Part shown: positions 48,049 to 60,000 of the stretch, in pieces | How positions within the stretch are numbered: the stretch's first letter is position 1 | How the letters are laid out: each line of letters starts with the position of its first letter | NCBI RefSeq assembly: GCF_001949145.1 | Contig: NW_019091358.1 | Span: forward strand, 372,961-436,960 | DNA: 64,000 nt | Reading direction: 5' to 3' | Source of the DNA: Acanthaster planci | Lineage: Eukaryota | Program-made: the position numbers and the translations under genes | Notes under the pieces: model-generated | Databases searched by the model: none | The model's input: the letters and a program-made list of their open reading frames with translations, nothing else | Told to the model about the DNA's origin: nothing

Positions 48049-51000
48049 ATGGCATTAATGCAGGTACGACCCAACTACAAACTCATCAGTGTCTTGGTGG
48101 TTGTTGCGTTGACACTGTTTCTTGTCTTCACCTCTATGTACAACGGAGGCACAACGGGAAGGGCTTCCCTACCCGGACACAAGGCACTCCTCAGCAGCAC
48201 ACGCGGTTGGCAGGCTGGCAGTCTTCCGATGCTTAGCAGTGACGACGTCGCCTGGAGCGAACTGTTCCAGGAATCGCTAGTAAAGAATGACTTTTACGGG
48301 GTGATGTTCGATGCAGGCAGTACTGGCTCGAGAGTACACATTTTTCACTTTCAAAATGATTTTAACGGTAAGTTGTCTCCTCATAGCAAGCAACTCTCTT
48401 TGAGTAAAGGAGCCAACACATGCTACTGCATTTTGTTTGTTTCACTTTATGAGGATGCCATCTTTGTATGTAAAACGTCGTCATCAAGTGTGCTCAACAC
48501 GTTTTAAATTGAAGTTGCACAAGACTAACATAATGCCATGGGCTGCTTGTCAAAGCATGCCCTGACAAATTAAGGTACATTTTTATAGGCGGTCCTTCCA
48601 GAGAACAGCAGTGTATGTCTTGGAAACCGAAACATTGTATGCCACAAGTACCTTCAAGTTTAAGCTAGTGCTTTACACGGATGCATCTTTGTGCTGAAGT
48701 AGTTTGTGGATTTGAATGTATACATCTTCACAGGGGGTCCGCCAGTACTAATTGCAGAGGTGTTCAATAAGACAGAGCACGGCCTGGGTGAATTTGCTGA
48801 CAGTCCACAAAAGGTGAGGCAGCCTAAACATTGATTTCCTCTTTCCTCGGAAGTTGTATACAAAGCATTGCTGCAGTACATGTTTGGTACTTGTGTGACT
48901 TGTGTGTAATGCACCCTTTGGTAGCAAAACTTAATCTGATATTTTAGGTTGAACATCAGTTTTTGACCCTGTGTTGCTCTGTCCTTGCGGAAATTCTCAA
49001 CACTGCTTTTGACTCCGGCAATAAACATGGCTCATTAGTGAGGTTGTCTGAGCCACAGTAATGAATCTCTTAGGCTGCAGTATTTGTATAGTCAAGAGAT
49101 CTTGTTCAGTCAGTGTTCGCTATCTTGTCTGAAATTGCACTAAATACCTCGGGTTTGTGGAAACTTGGGAGTTGAAGATCAGAGGAAGGAAGTGGATCAG
49201 AAGCAAACAGAGAGAGGCAGATTAGAAACAAACATGGTGCTCAGGAACAAACATACAGAAACCAGCCGAATCCAGACCTACACTTGATGTCAGTATAAAG
49301 CATTTCTATAGCCAAAGGGTAGTGGATAGCATGAATAAATTGCCAGGAAGTGCCATCCAAACACCCACACTTTTCTGCTTCGAGCAGAGTTTAAGTAACG
49401 TGGGGTTTTAATGGATGAATGAGGTTCCCATCACCCTGCCACTTCTCCTCTGTACATGATACGAAGATGGAGGAGTGGCCTTCAATAAATAAGCAACCCT
49501 CAGTGTCGTAGTCCAGTATTTTTCCATGAGTATAAGTTCAAAGTGCTTTGGTAAGAGTACAAGGACGGGGAAATGTTTCTTGAGAGTTGGAGTACAAGTA
49601 CATTTTCATGAGTATGAGTACAGCAAAAAGTACTCAAGTATTAGTATTCATGAGTACTACAACATTGTCATGATGTACCAGCAAGAAGAGTGACTTTGAT
49701 TGTACCACAGAGGCCAATAGAATTAGCAATGTGCACTTTGTTTTGGCTAATGGGCACACCTGGGAAGTTTGGTTTTTCTCTACAGGAAGTTTGGTTTTTA
49801 CTCTACAGGGCTAACAGGTTATGATGATCTCATAGTTTACACCATAAAATGCACTGCTGTAGCATTTAATGTTAACTGCGGAACTAATTCAAGTGGGTGC
49901 TGAACACGCCTTCATTGAAGGCCCTGACTAGGAGCCCGAGTATGAGTCCTTTTCAAAGAGTACGAGTACTTTGGTGAGGGTGTGAGTACGGGGAAATTTG
50001 TTCTTTGAGAGCGCGAGTAAGACTACATCTTCATGAGTACAGAAATACCGGTAGCACTGGAATACGAGTATTACAACACTGTTCAGTTGTGAGAAATGAA
50101 ATCCCACGCAGAATATCTCCTGGTTAACCCTACTGTAGTGTGGAAAGACCGAAGAAGCAAAAGGGACATTTCACTTAAACATGTACATGTACTTGTTCCT
50201 ATGGGGACAAACATTCATCATTCAGCCCCCTCCCCCAATTTTTCCCCCCTCCTCCAGGGTTTATAGTACAGACAATTGCAGACTCACGTTGTCGAGTCAT
50301 GGGACTAGACCAGCTTTATTATGATCATAAGCTGACAACAAACAATTTGGTATCCATAGTCTGCTCTCATTGTTCAACATCGATCTCACGAGTGACACAC
50401 GTTTGAAATTGATGTGCAGACGCTGGGCAGAGACCAAAGACTTGGGGGGGGCTTACATTGATTTTTTTAGGGGGGAGGACCAAAAACAGTGCCGGAACAG
50501 AGAAATATCCCACAACTCAGCCTCAATTTGCCTAACAAAATAAATTGTTCCATTAACGTGGTGAAGGCCTGCCTGTGCTTGCTCACACTCTAACTGGCTC
50601 TCAATCACTGGCCCTATGGCTTTGATAAATGTTTAATCAGTTTCACCCCATAAAGTTCATTTGCCATTTTCACATGCATGTAGTGCCCAGTTTTCCCATC
50701 ACTTTGCAGCCATTTGAAGTGAATGCTTATTGCGCATCTGTCATACACACATTTGTCGTGATAGTTTTGGCACTAAACTTCTGTGGTCTACCTGTTTTCA
50801 TTTGTGGACGCAGGCAGTGGAGAGTGTGCGGGGTCTGCTCAACGTAGCCACAGAATCAATCCCATCAGAGTTCTGGGCATCGACCCCTGTGGCTCTGAAG
50901 GCCACAGCCGGACTGAGACTTCTGCCCTTAGACAAAGCCCAGTCCCTACTGGATGCTGTGAGTACACGTAGACCAACTTATAAAGTTGTTGGTTCAGGCA

Positions 51001-54000
51001 TGGTGGGGAAAGTGTGTTTCATCGTGTGCCCGGTAAAATGGGAAGCATGATATCAGCAGAAAAATTGTTCCCGGCAAAATGGCGTAAGGAACACACTTTC
51101 TTTATTTAGTAAAAATGGACAAAATTTACTCAAAAATCAACACAGGCTGTACAGACAGCAACCTTTGAACAACTTATTGAACAACTTGAAATTTTTTTTT
51201 ACTTTTTGCAGAGAAAAGAATAAAACTGTTGCAAACATACTTGTATGTCCTTTTTGCCGGGAAACGTTTTTTGGTAGTGATCATACTTCCCGACAAAAGG
51301 GTGTAAGCGCTCAAGTCCTTCTTCCAGGCACATGACAGTTTGATAATCATGCTTTTTTCATCTTTTCCTTTTAACATTTAAGAGGAGTAGAAAGTTGTGA
51401 AAATTACAAAGGGTCCAAATGTTTGTGTCCACTGCCCTGTGGAGTTATAAAACTAGCAATGGCTACCCTCAGTAAAATGAACTACGCCAGTGTGTAAAAC
51501 CCTTTCATGTAATTTCTTGTGGTTTTTTTTTTCTCATGAGCATTGAATCTGACAAGACTCTTTTTATACTTTCACAGGTGTATCAGTTATTTGTACAGTC
51601 GCCATTTCTAGTTGACACCCAAAATAATACTGTCACTATTATCGATGGGATCCACGAAGGAGAATACATTTGGTTCACCGTCAATTTTCTGAGAGGTTGG
51701 TCCGTGTATTTTTTCCCTCTTCAAAGCAGCAACGACATCTCAGGAATGGCAGCACATGTTTTCCATGCACAAGTTAGAATTTAGAAGAAAAGCTCGTTAT
51801 AAATCTGCACACCAGTAGCAGACAGTCAGAATGTTGAAGCTGGGATGTCACTGCCTAAATTGGTATGGTGAGGTAGGGGGTACTGCTTCTGCTGGGTAGG
51901 ATTGGTTTCCCAGATCTCTCAAAATCCACTTAGAGGCAGTTGAAGATTTTGTAGGATTGAGAAAGGTAGTGTCCAACTGCTGCATTGATAACTTTATTGG
52001 GTATGTGTATCAGAATTTAAGAATATATAATGTGTTATTCCGATCTTGGAAAATGAAGGTTTGTTTAAGGATCCTGACTGTTCCTCGCATAAACACCAAG
52101 GGAGTCGTTACAGTTAGTGAAAATTTTAAGATAGAGTAACGTATTTGCTGACTTGAATTGCAGTTATTTCTTTAATCAGTGTTTGCACAGAATATTCCAA
52201 GTTTAACTTTGTCTCTCCGTAGAGCAAGGGTTGCTCTTATCTCTGAAGTGAACATCGTGATAATGTATGTAGTAGGCTCTCCCAGGAGATCCAAGCTTTA
52301 TTGTTCTGTTAGCATCATACAAGCTTTTGAAAATATTTTTCTGCCCTTGCTCTCAACTCTTACTTTTGGATGGGGCTTTTTGCCTCACAAGCTTACACAC
52401 TTGTCCCGTGGTCACCGTCATATGTCAGTGTTTTTGATCCTCAGGGATTCTTGGGACACAAGATCATTCTTCTAACACCATGGGAGTGCTGGACCTGGGG
52501 GGAGGGTCAACTCAAATCACGTTTGCGCCCAGACACCAGGAGACCATTGATGAGGGAATGCCGCTGGGCTTAATCAAGCAGTTCAAGTTCAGGGAAGAGA
52601 CCTTCCAGCTGTACACGCACAGGTAGGATGGAACTGCTGTTGGCTGATTTGCCCAATAATCCTCCCGTATTTTTCACCATCCATCAGCAGGTGGATGTTG
52701 AAGGATATGGGACCTAGTGTTGGCTCCCTGTCAGCTCTGCATGGTTGCCCTGTAAAAGATTGAAAGGATACCAATTGTGCCATCGGGCATTCTCCACAGT
52801 GGGTTTTTTGTTTTGGGTGTTTTTTAAAGCTTCAAATATGCACAGAGAATGTCAGAAAGGCTATGTTTTGCAGTGCATTGAGGGAGATGGTTGATAACTG
52901 TACTCACCAAGCTGCGCACAGGGAACTTGAATTATTCCCAATGTTTGTTTGTCAGGGAAGAAGGTTTGTAAGTATATTTCAACTAGCAGTTGTAATAAAT
53001 TGTTCTTCTTTCTGTTGTATGGAATGTTGTAATTAATCGAAGATATCCCCAAGACTGGCCACATTGTTTACTGACGAATGCAAATTACCAGAAGTTGGCC
53101 GTGATCTGGATCTTGATCAGTGATCCTAACGTTGGTTCGCACCATCCATTAGGGGAGTTTTGGTGTCCGTAAACCAATGACGCATCACTGATTGTCATCC
53201 AGATCCTTGTGCAACTAACTCGGCCTTGGCTGTTAAGGGGATCCTGTGGGATCCCTGTCAAATTGATTGGCCCATAAGTCTGTTTAGAATGAAGCAGTGG
53301 GCATCTGGAATGTTGTCAGTACTGAGTTACTTTGTCCACAGTGTGATGAGAAATGTCCTTGTTGCAAAGTCCTTAGTACTGTAGATTTGAATTTTTTTTA
53401 AAATCCACTGTGGACCTACCTAGGAGTGTACAAATATAGCATGGTTTGAGGTTGGACAGTTGATGTTAGTCCTCTGAGGTATTTGGAGTTGACAAACTAG
53501 TTCCAGCGAGGCGAAGCTGAGGGAACTAGTTTGTCAACTCCCAATACCGAGGGGAGCTAACATGGACTGTCCAACTGAAATAAACCATATCAGATTTGTT
53601 TACTGTACCTCATTCATATTTTATTTTGATAACCTCTGAAAATAAAAACATCATCATGAAAGAAAAGTCCAATCCTTTTGAGACACAGTAATTTTTGAGT
53701 GTTTCCACTGCATTTTGGACAACCTTCTTAGTGGTGGAGACATCGCTCTGCTGAAGAAAAACGCTGATTGTCTTTTACGTGTGCCGCCATCTTTTCATGA
53801 GCTGCAAACTGCTATTAGGCTGGTGCCGCCACGAGTGCATAGTTTACCCCAGGCGACAGTTCCCGGATTTTCTGCTACGGCGCCTGCTTTTTTAACAGTC
53901 ACACGGGTAAGCCGGGTGACAGTTAAAAATGCATGCGTATTTACTCCTTGCGTGAACGATCGCGTGTGGGCTTGACAAACAGCAAAAATAATGACTGGAG

Positions 54001-57000
54001 CGTGACCGTGAATGCACCAATGAGAGTTCGGCGATCCATCATGAATATGTATGAGGTATAGTAGTACCTTTCGTTGTCTTATTTTCCCTGAAGTTAGATT
54101 CCCTGCCCAACTCCAACCCAGCGATCCTGTTACCATGTCATTTTTTCCCCCGTAGTTATCTTGGCCTTGGCCTGAAGGAAGCTCGACTCGAGACCTTAAG
54201 GCTTGAACAACAGATGATGGCTTCAGTACCTTCAAGTACCCAGGCCCACAGAGATTCAGGTAACTCTCAGTGTCCTCCTATTGATTTCCCTGTGATCTGT
54301 GCTGCTGTAGAGTAGCACATGAGTGAATAATTTGCTGAGAGGATGTTTTCATGCAGCTGTGTAAAAGTACCTGTGATTTCTTTTTTCTGTGACACAGTAC
54401 TTATAAACAGAATCTTGACCAGTTTTCTGAATACCAGCTGGCAAAGTTCTGCCATTCCATGGGGCTTGGTGAATGATCATGGAATGTGTGGCCAGATATG
54501 TCTGAATTAAGTAGCAGCATTGCATTGTACATGCACTTGACACTATATGATTAATGAATGTTTAACCACTTGCTGCGGGGTGTTTTTAAAAATGCAGTGC
54601 ACACATACGGGAGATTTTCAAGATTTTCAGTTTTCAAAATTCTTCAAAAATTCATCATTTCATTTAATGGTTGTTTACACCCACACGAATGACTGTTTGT
54701 TGCTACTGTAAGCTGACAGGCAACCTTTGTTGACTCCTGAGTATATCAGCCAGGCCTGCCACCCTGTAAAGAGAGCCCAGAATTGTGAGATGTTGCGTAA
54801 TATCCTTTGTCCCCAGTGAATGTAAGGTGCATCTTTTCAACGTGGCTGGATTAGCATGCAGCGGTGCTGTGTCGCTCATTAATGGGGCCCTGGAGCTATG
54901 CCCCAAAACAGTGGTATACCCCTATCCCTCCTCAATCCTCCAAAATCCTTCGGGGGTTTTGGAGGATTTTGTAGGATTAACGGTGAATGGCAAAAGTTCA
55001 TGGTTGATTGTGAAGGATGCCATGCATGACGGTCGTGGGTTAGACCTTGTGTTGTTTTTGCTTAGTCATGCATAAATTCATCCTGATATTTCTTTTGAAT
55101 CAACCAAACTGCTCAAGAATGCCATTCGCACTGCCTCAACATAACAACAGGAATTACCAGGGGATTTTGAAGGATTGAGGCAGTAGGCACACCTCCAAGT
55201 AACATTTTCAAGAAATTTTGGAGGATTTTGGAGGATTGAGGGAGAATCCAATTTTTTCACCCCCAAAATTGGAGGATTTGGGAGTATTTAGGAGGTCCCT
55301 AGCAAAACGGACCGAGGAGGTTAGGGATACATGTACTGTTTAAAAACAGTGATGGATTACCTTTGAAAAATGCAGGTCTTTGGTTCCAAGTACTGTCCTT
55401 TGTTACACGGACCAGCTCTTTTGTCCCATTTCGGGTACCCCAGCTCTGCGTATAAACCATGGTGCTTGAAAAGGAGTTCCGCGGCAGTAAGTGGTTTAAC
55501 TTAGCATTGAAGCTGAACTACATGTGAGCCCATTGCTTGTGTAAAAATGTCTTCTCTGGAGGTCCCAGGCTAGTTTGTGTTGGTCTCTTAGTCTCGGCCT
55601 TAATCTTGGAAATCTCCACGTGTCAATGGGATTGTGGTTATTGACAGAGGCAGACTTGAAGATTGGCTGGTGTTGAGACTAGGGCCGTTTTCCAATACTC
55701 AACTTCGTCTCCTTCTCAGGCTTCGTTCCCAAAACCAAAGTAATCCAATGTAATCTAAACACCAGAAGCGTTTAAATAGCATTTAAATTACATCGAATTA
55801 CTGTAATTTTTGACTTTCTTGCATATTATTTGATGTTCTATGGCACTGTTAGACTGATTACTACGCTTACAACTTCAAAGTCAGCTAGTTAAAAAACAGT
55901 TGAAGCCTGAGACGGAGCCGAAGTTGAGTATTGGAAAACAGCCTAAGACTTTTTGAAAATGAACAATCAGACTTCTTCCATGTTAGCTATTATGACTTGA
56001 ACTTTCATTTGCGTAAATAAATTCTTGAACAAAGACACAAAGATGTCTTTGACAAAGACACCAAAATGTTTCCAAGAGTGCATAAAACAACAAATTGAGA
56101 GATTTTCAAGTAGCTGTCTGGTTTGATCCGTGGAAATTGCAATTAAAGGCACATCAGTTCAAGGAGATGAAGCCCTTGTAATCATTTAAACCCTTCCACT
56201 GGCTCATTAATTACTTTCCATGCTAATATTAGCCAAGCTTTTTTGCACAATTTCATAATTGTTGAATATGCTCAACTGTTGACTGGATGTTTTTCATGAG
56301 AAAAGGGCATAGCTGTGCTACATGGTAACATGTATCCTATAAACTGTTGTGTACTTGTAATAGGCAGCTGTGCCTTCTTGGAATGATCTGCCTTGATTGT
56401 TTATTAAAAGCTCTTGCATTATTATCTAATCAACTTATTATGCATAATTGTGGCTATTTATATAACCGAAAATGGGTCACTTGGGAGACATTCCCATTGG
56501 AACGTGCACAAAATTCATTAAACTTTACCGCCCCATGATTCAATATTCCCTAATCCGATTTTAACCAAAGTTTGCCTGTTTTCCTTTCAGACCCTAATCT
56601 ATCATCTCTCAAAATGTGGACAAAAAATTTTCCTCCTTTTGGTAGTTGGAACATTAGGGAGACATTGCCTAATGATCGATGTCTCCCTAATGTTGAAAAA
56701 TTTACCACAAAATGTCTCCCAAGTGACCTATTTGTAAATATTGCTGTTGTGTCAACTCACTGTCTTACATAAACTAATAAAAACCAACAAAAATTTCCAT
56801 TATGATACATGCCCTGTTTTTTGTGAAATTGATGAAGATTGTATGCATACTTAAAAGTTACGCATAGTCAAATTATAGTGATACATGCACTGGGGAAATC
56901 ACAAATGCTGTATTAAAGGAGAGGAGGCCCATATCAGAGTGACACTTACCTCATACAAACGTGAATGATCAAAAAAAGCAAACTTATCACCATTTTCACA

Positions 57001-60000
57001 AAGAGACAAAAGTCTTGCCACAAAAAAAAAGACACCAAAAATTTGTGTGACGTTTGTCTCTTCGTGAATGTGAAGACACAGTTTACATTTTTGCCAAAGC
57101 TTGTGCAAGGTGCAAAATTGTTACATTTTGTAGAAACAGCAAAACGAGTTTTGCCCACGGTTTTGCCCTTTATTGCTAATGCTGTACCTCTGCAAGACAA
57201 CTTTGTCTCTTCGTTAAAACAGAAAATGAAGTTTAGTTGAATTTTGCCTTGCGGTGATCATCGTGATTTGGCTGAGTAGATTTGGTAAAGATTAATTACA
57301 CCAGGTTGTATGCATCACATAGCCTAGTTGATTTTGAAAACAAAAACCAAAAATTAAAAAAAAAATAATCATGATTTTGGGCCATTTTGTCTCTTCGTAT
57401 ATCTCATCTGATTTTAGTGAAATGACCAATGAAAACACTAAGAAAATTTTAGCTTGATTTTAGCATTTGGATAGATAAAAGGAGTTGCTTGATTTCCTGA
57501 ATGGTTCAAAATCAGTGATCGCGTGCTATCCGTTTCAGTGTTAATTGGTCTCATTTGTCATTTGGAAATGAAACAGACACCAACTGGGCCACCGTCTGCC
57601 TGCCGCCAAATGCTGAAGCGTCGTGGGAATTTGCTGGCGTGACTCACGTGACCAAGTCCGCCAATGGCCCAGAGGTGACAGACACTTTCACCCCTTGTGC
57701 TGACTTGACCAAAAGGTTCATGGGAGACAAGGTCTACCGGCCAAAGGAGATAGCCAATCGTACCTTTTACTCTTCCTCTTACTTCCTTGGGAAGAGCGTT
57801 GAGAGTGGTCTGATAAGTAAGTTGACCTGGGTGAGCAGTTGGGTGGGCAGGGCTTTTTCTCAGTTGGGCGGAGGTGCCTTTTGAAGATCTCTTGTAGAAA
57901 TTTGAGTGATGACTGTAGTTCAGTCACTGGACAATCACTCTTTACCAGTGTGTAGGCACAGTGCCATTTCACTCGAATGAACCTAGTCTCGGCCTTCCGC
58001 AAAGCCCTATCAGAATTCACATTTTGTCAGTCATTCATATTCAGTTTTTGCTATCCCTGCCATTTTGTGCAATTATTCACAGGCTCACTCTTTACAAGAT
58101 TATTGAAAAAGACTACTGAATTCCAGCTATACAACGGTGCCCTGGGGCCCGGCTCTGAATGATTGATTGGACTAGTCCAAACATCTATCATTTGGGTGAC
58201 ATTGGTCAAATGGTAGTCTTTGCTTGAACTAGCATTGTCTACCAATTGAAGAGTTCAAATCAGTACATAACCCTTGATCAATGGAAATCCATTTTCAACC
58301 TTGTGAGAATCAGAAAATCAGCTTTAAAAATGAACAAAGCCAATCCTTAAAATCTTTTAAAAACTTAATCGAAGGAGAATTGAAATTGTTCAGTAAAAAT
58401 TCATTAATTGAATGGGTTTTCACCATTTTTGTCAAATTGATGTTCAATTCTTTGTACCAAGAGATTCAAGATGTAATTCTCCTCCAGTTAAAAGGACCAT
58501 TTCCTTGTTCATCTTTGTAATTCAACTTTTGTTTTCTCCCAAATTTTATGCAGCAAGGGAGTTCGGAGGTATTGTTCGCGTGAAAGAATTTACACGGGTA
58601 GCAAAAGAAGGTAAATCTTTTTTTTTTCCCAAGTCTAAAGGGTGTACATTTGAGGGCACGTGGCCTTCATGAGGGTTTAGACTCCTGATCAGTGGGTTTG
58701 GAGCTCAAATCCAGCAGGTAGGAGCTTGTGACCTTAGGCAAGTCACTGTACCCCTTCTTGCCTCTTTCCTGGTCCACCCAAATGCACAAATTGGGCACCT
58801 GTCAGAGCATAGCTCACTCATGTGCCTTCACTGACTGCCAACCGATTTTGCCTGATGCCCAGGGAAATACATGTACATATAATTGTAAATCAGAAAGCAC
58901 TTTGTTGACAACACTATATCAATACTGCAATTACTACTTGATGCTGTTACCATGGTTGCCATGGCTTCTTTTGCTTTGTACTACTGTTTTGGTATGTGCA
59001 CCATGAAGTGGAATAAATTGTGAGAAATCATTTGTGGAACGGAGCTGGCTGTAAAACTTACTTGAAACTTACTCTCAGTACATCTCTCTGCTTTAGTCTC
59101 ATCTTACTGAGTAAGCCTTACTCTAGTCACAAAAGGTGGACAAGTGACCATGGAAATAAGTGATGCATACATGTACATGTACTATCTTGAATGTGCAGTG
59201 AACCCATAGCAGTGCAGCAGCAGATGTCACACAAACTTTATGCAATGGCTCAAGTCACTCATGCTACTTTACTACACAAGTTTGACAACAATAGGGACGT
59301 ATACAGCATAAGAGTATGACTTGCCCAACTAATTATGGGAAACTTGCATGTACATAATCATTTGAAGTGGTATTTAATGCATTTGATAATGGCTGATATT
59401 TACTTATTAATCTTGTTTGTTTGTTGTGAGGCTCACCATTTCTCTTCACAGAGTTAATAGGAAAACTGCACTACGTGTACAAGTACTTTGTTTTGTGCTG
59501 GAAGTGTGAAGACATTTGTTTGTGAGACAATTTCATGGTGTAATCTTGGTGTAAAGTTATGCTAAGATGTGGAAATTAGTTCCAGATGTCTTCACCTCCA
59601 TTTGATGGTTGTGTGGGAGATATTTTAGCATGAAAATATGCTGGAAGTGTGAAGACATTTGTTTGTGAGACAATTTCATGGTGTAATCCTTGGTGTAAAG
59701 TTATGCTAAGATGTGGAAATTAGTTCCAGATGTCTTCACCTCCATTTGATGGTTGTGTGGGAGATGTTTTAGCATGAAAATGTAAACAGGATATTGTGCT
59801 TTGAGTCTCTCCAGAGAAGCCTTTTCTGTTCCAGGCTCCTTGGAAGGACAAGCATGCTCATGTAATTCAATGTAATTTGATGAAACTTTCGTGCACATGC
59901 TTCAGCATTGAGAGTACATTCACAGGTGCCACGGAAGCCCTCAGTTATTACAGGTCTTTTCTCCCCAATTTGGCTTTCCTTAGCCTGCAGATCTTTTGAT

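Noticed and set aside
56143..57460. Possible further TIR element(s) with GAGACA/TGTCTC repeats
   Set aside because: Looks repeat-derived, but I could not define matching ends or a TSD.
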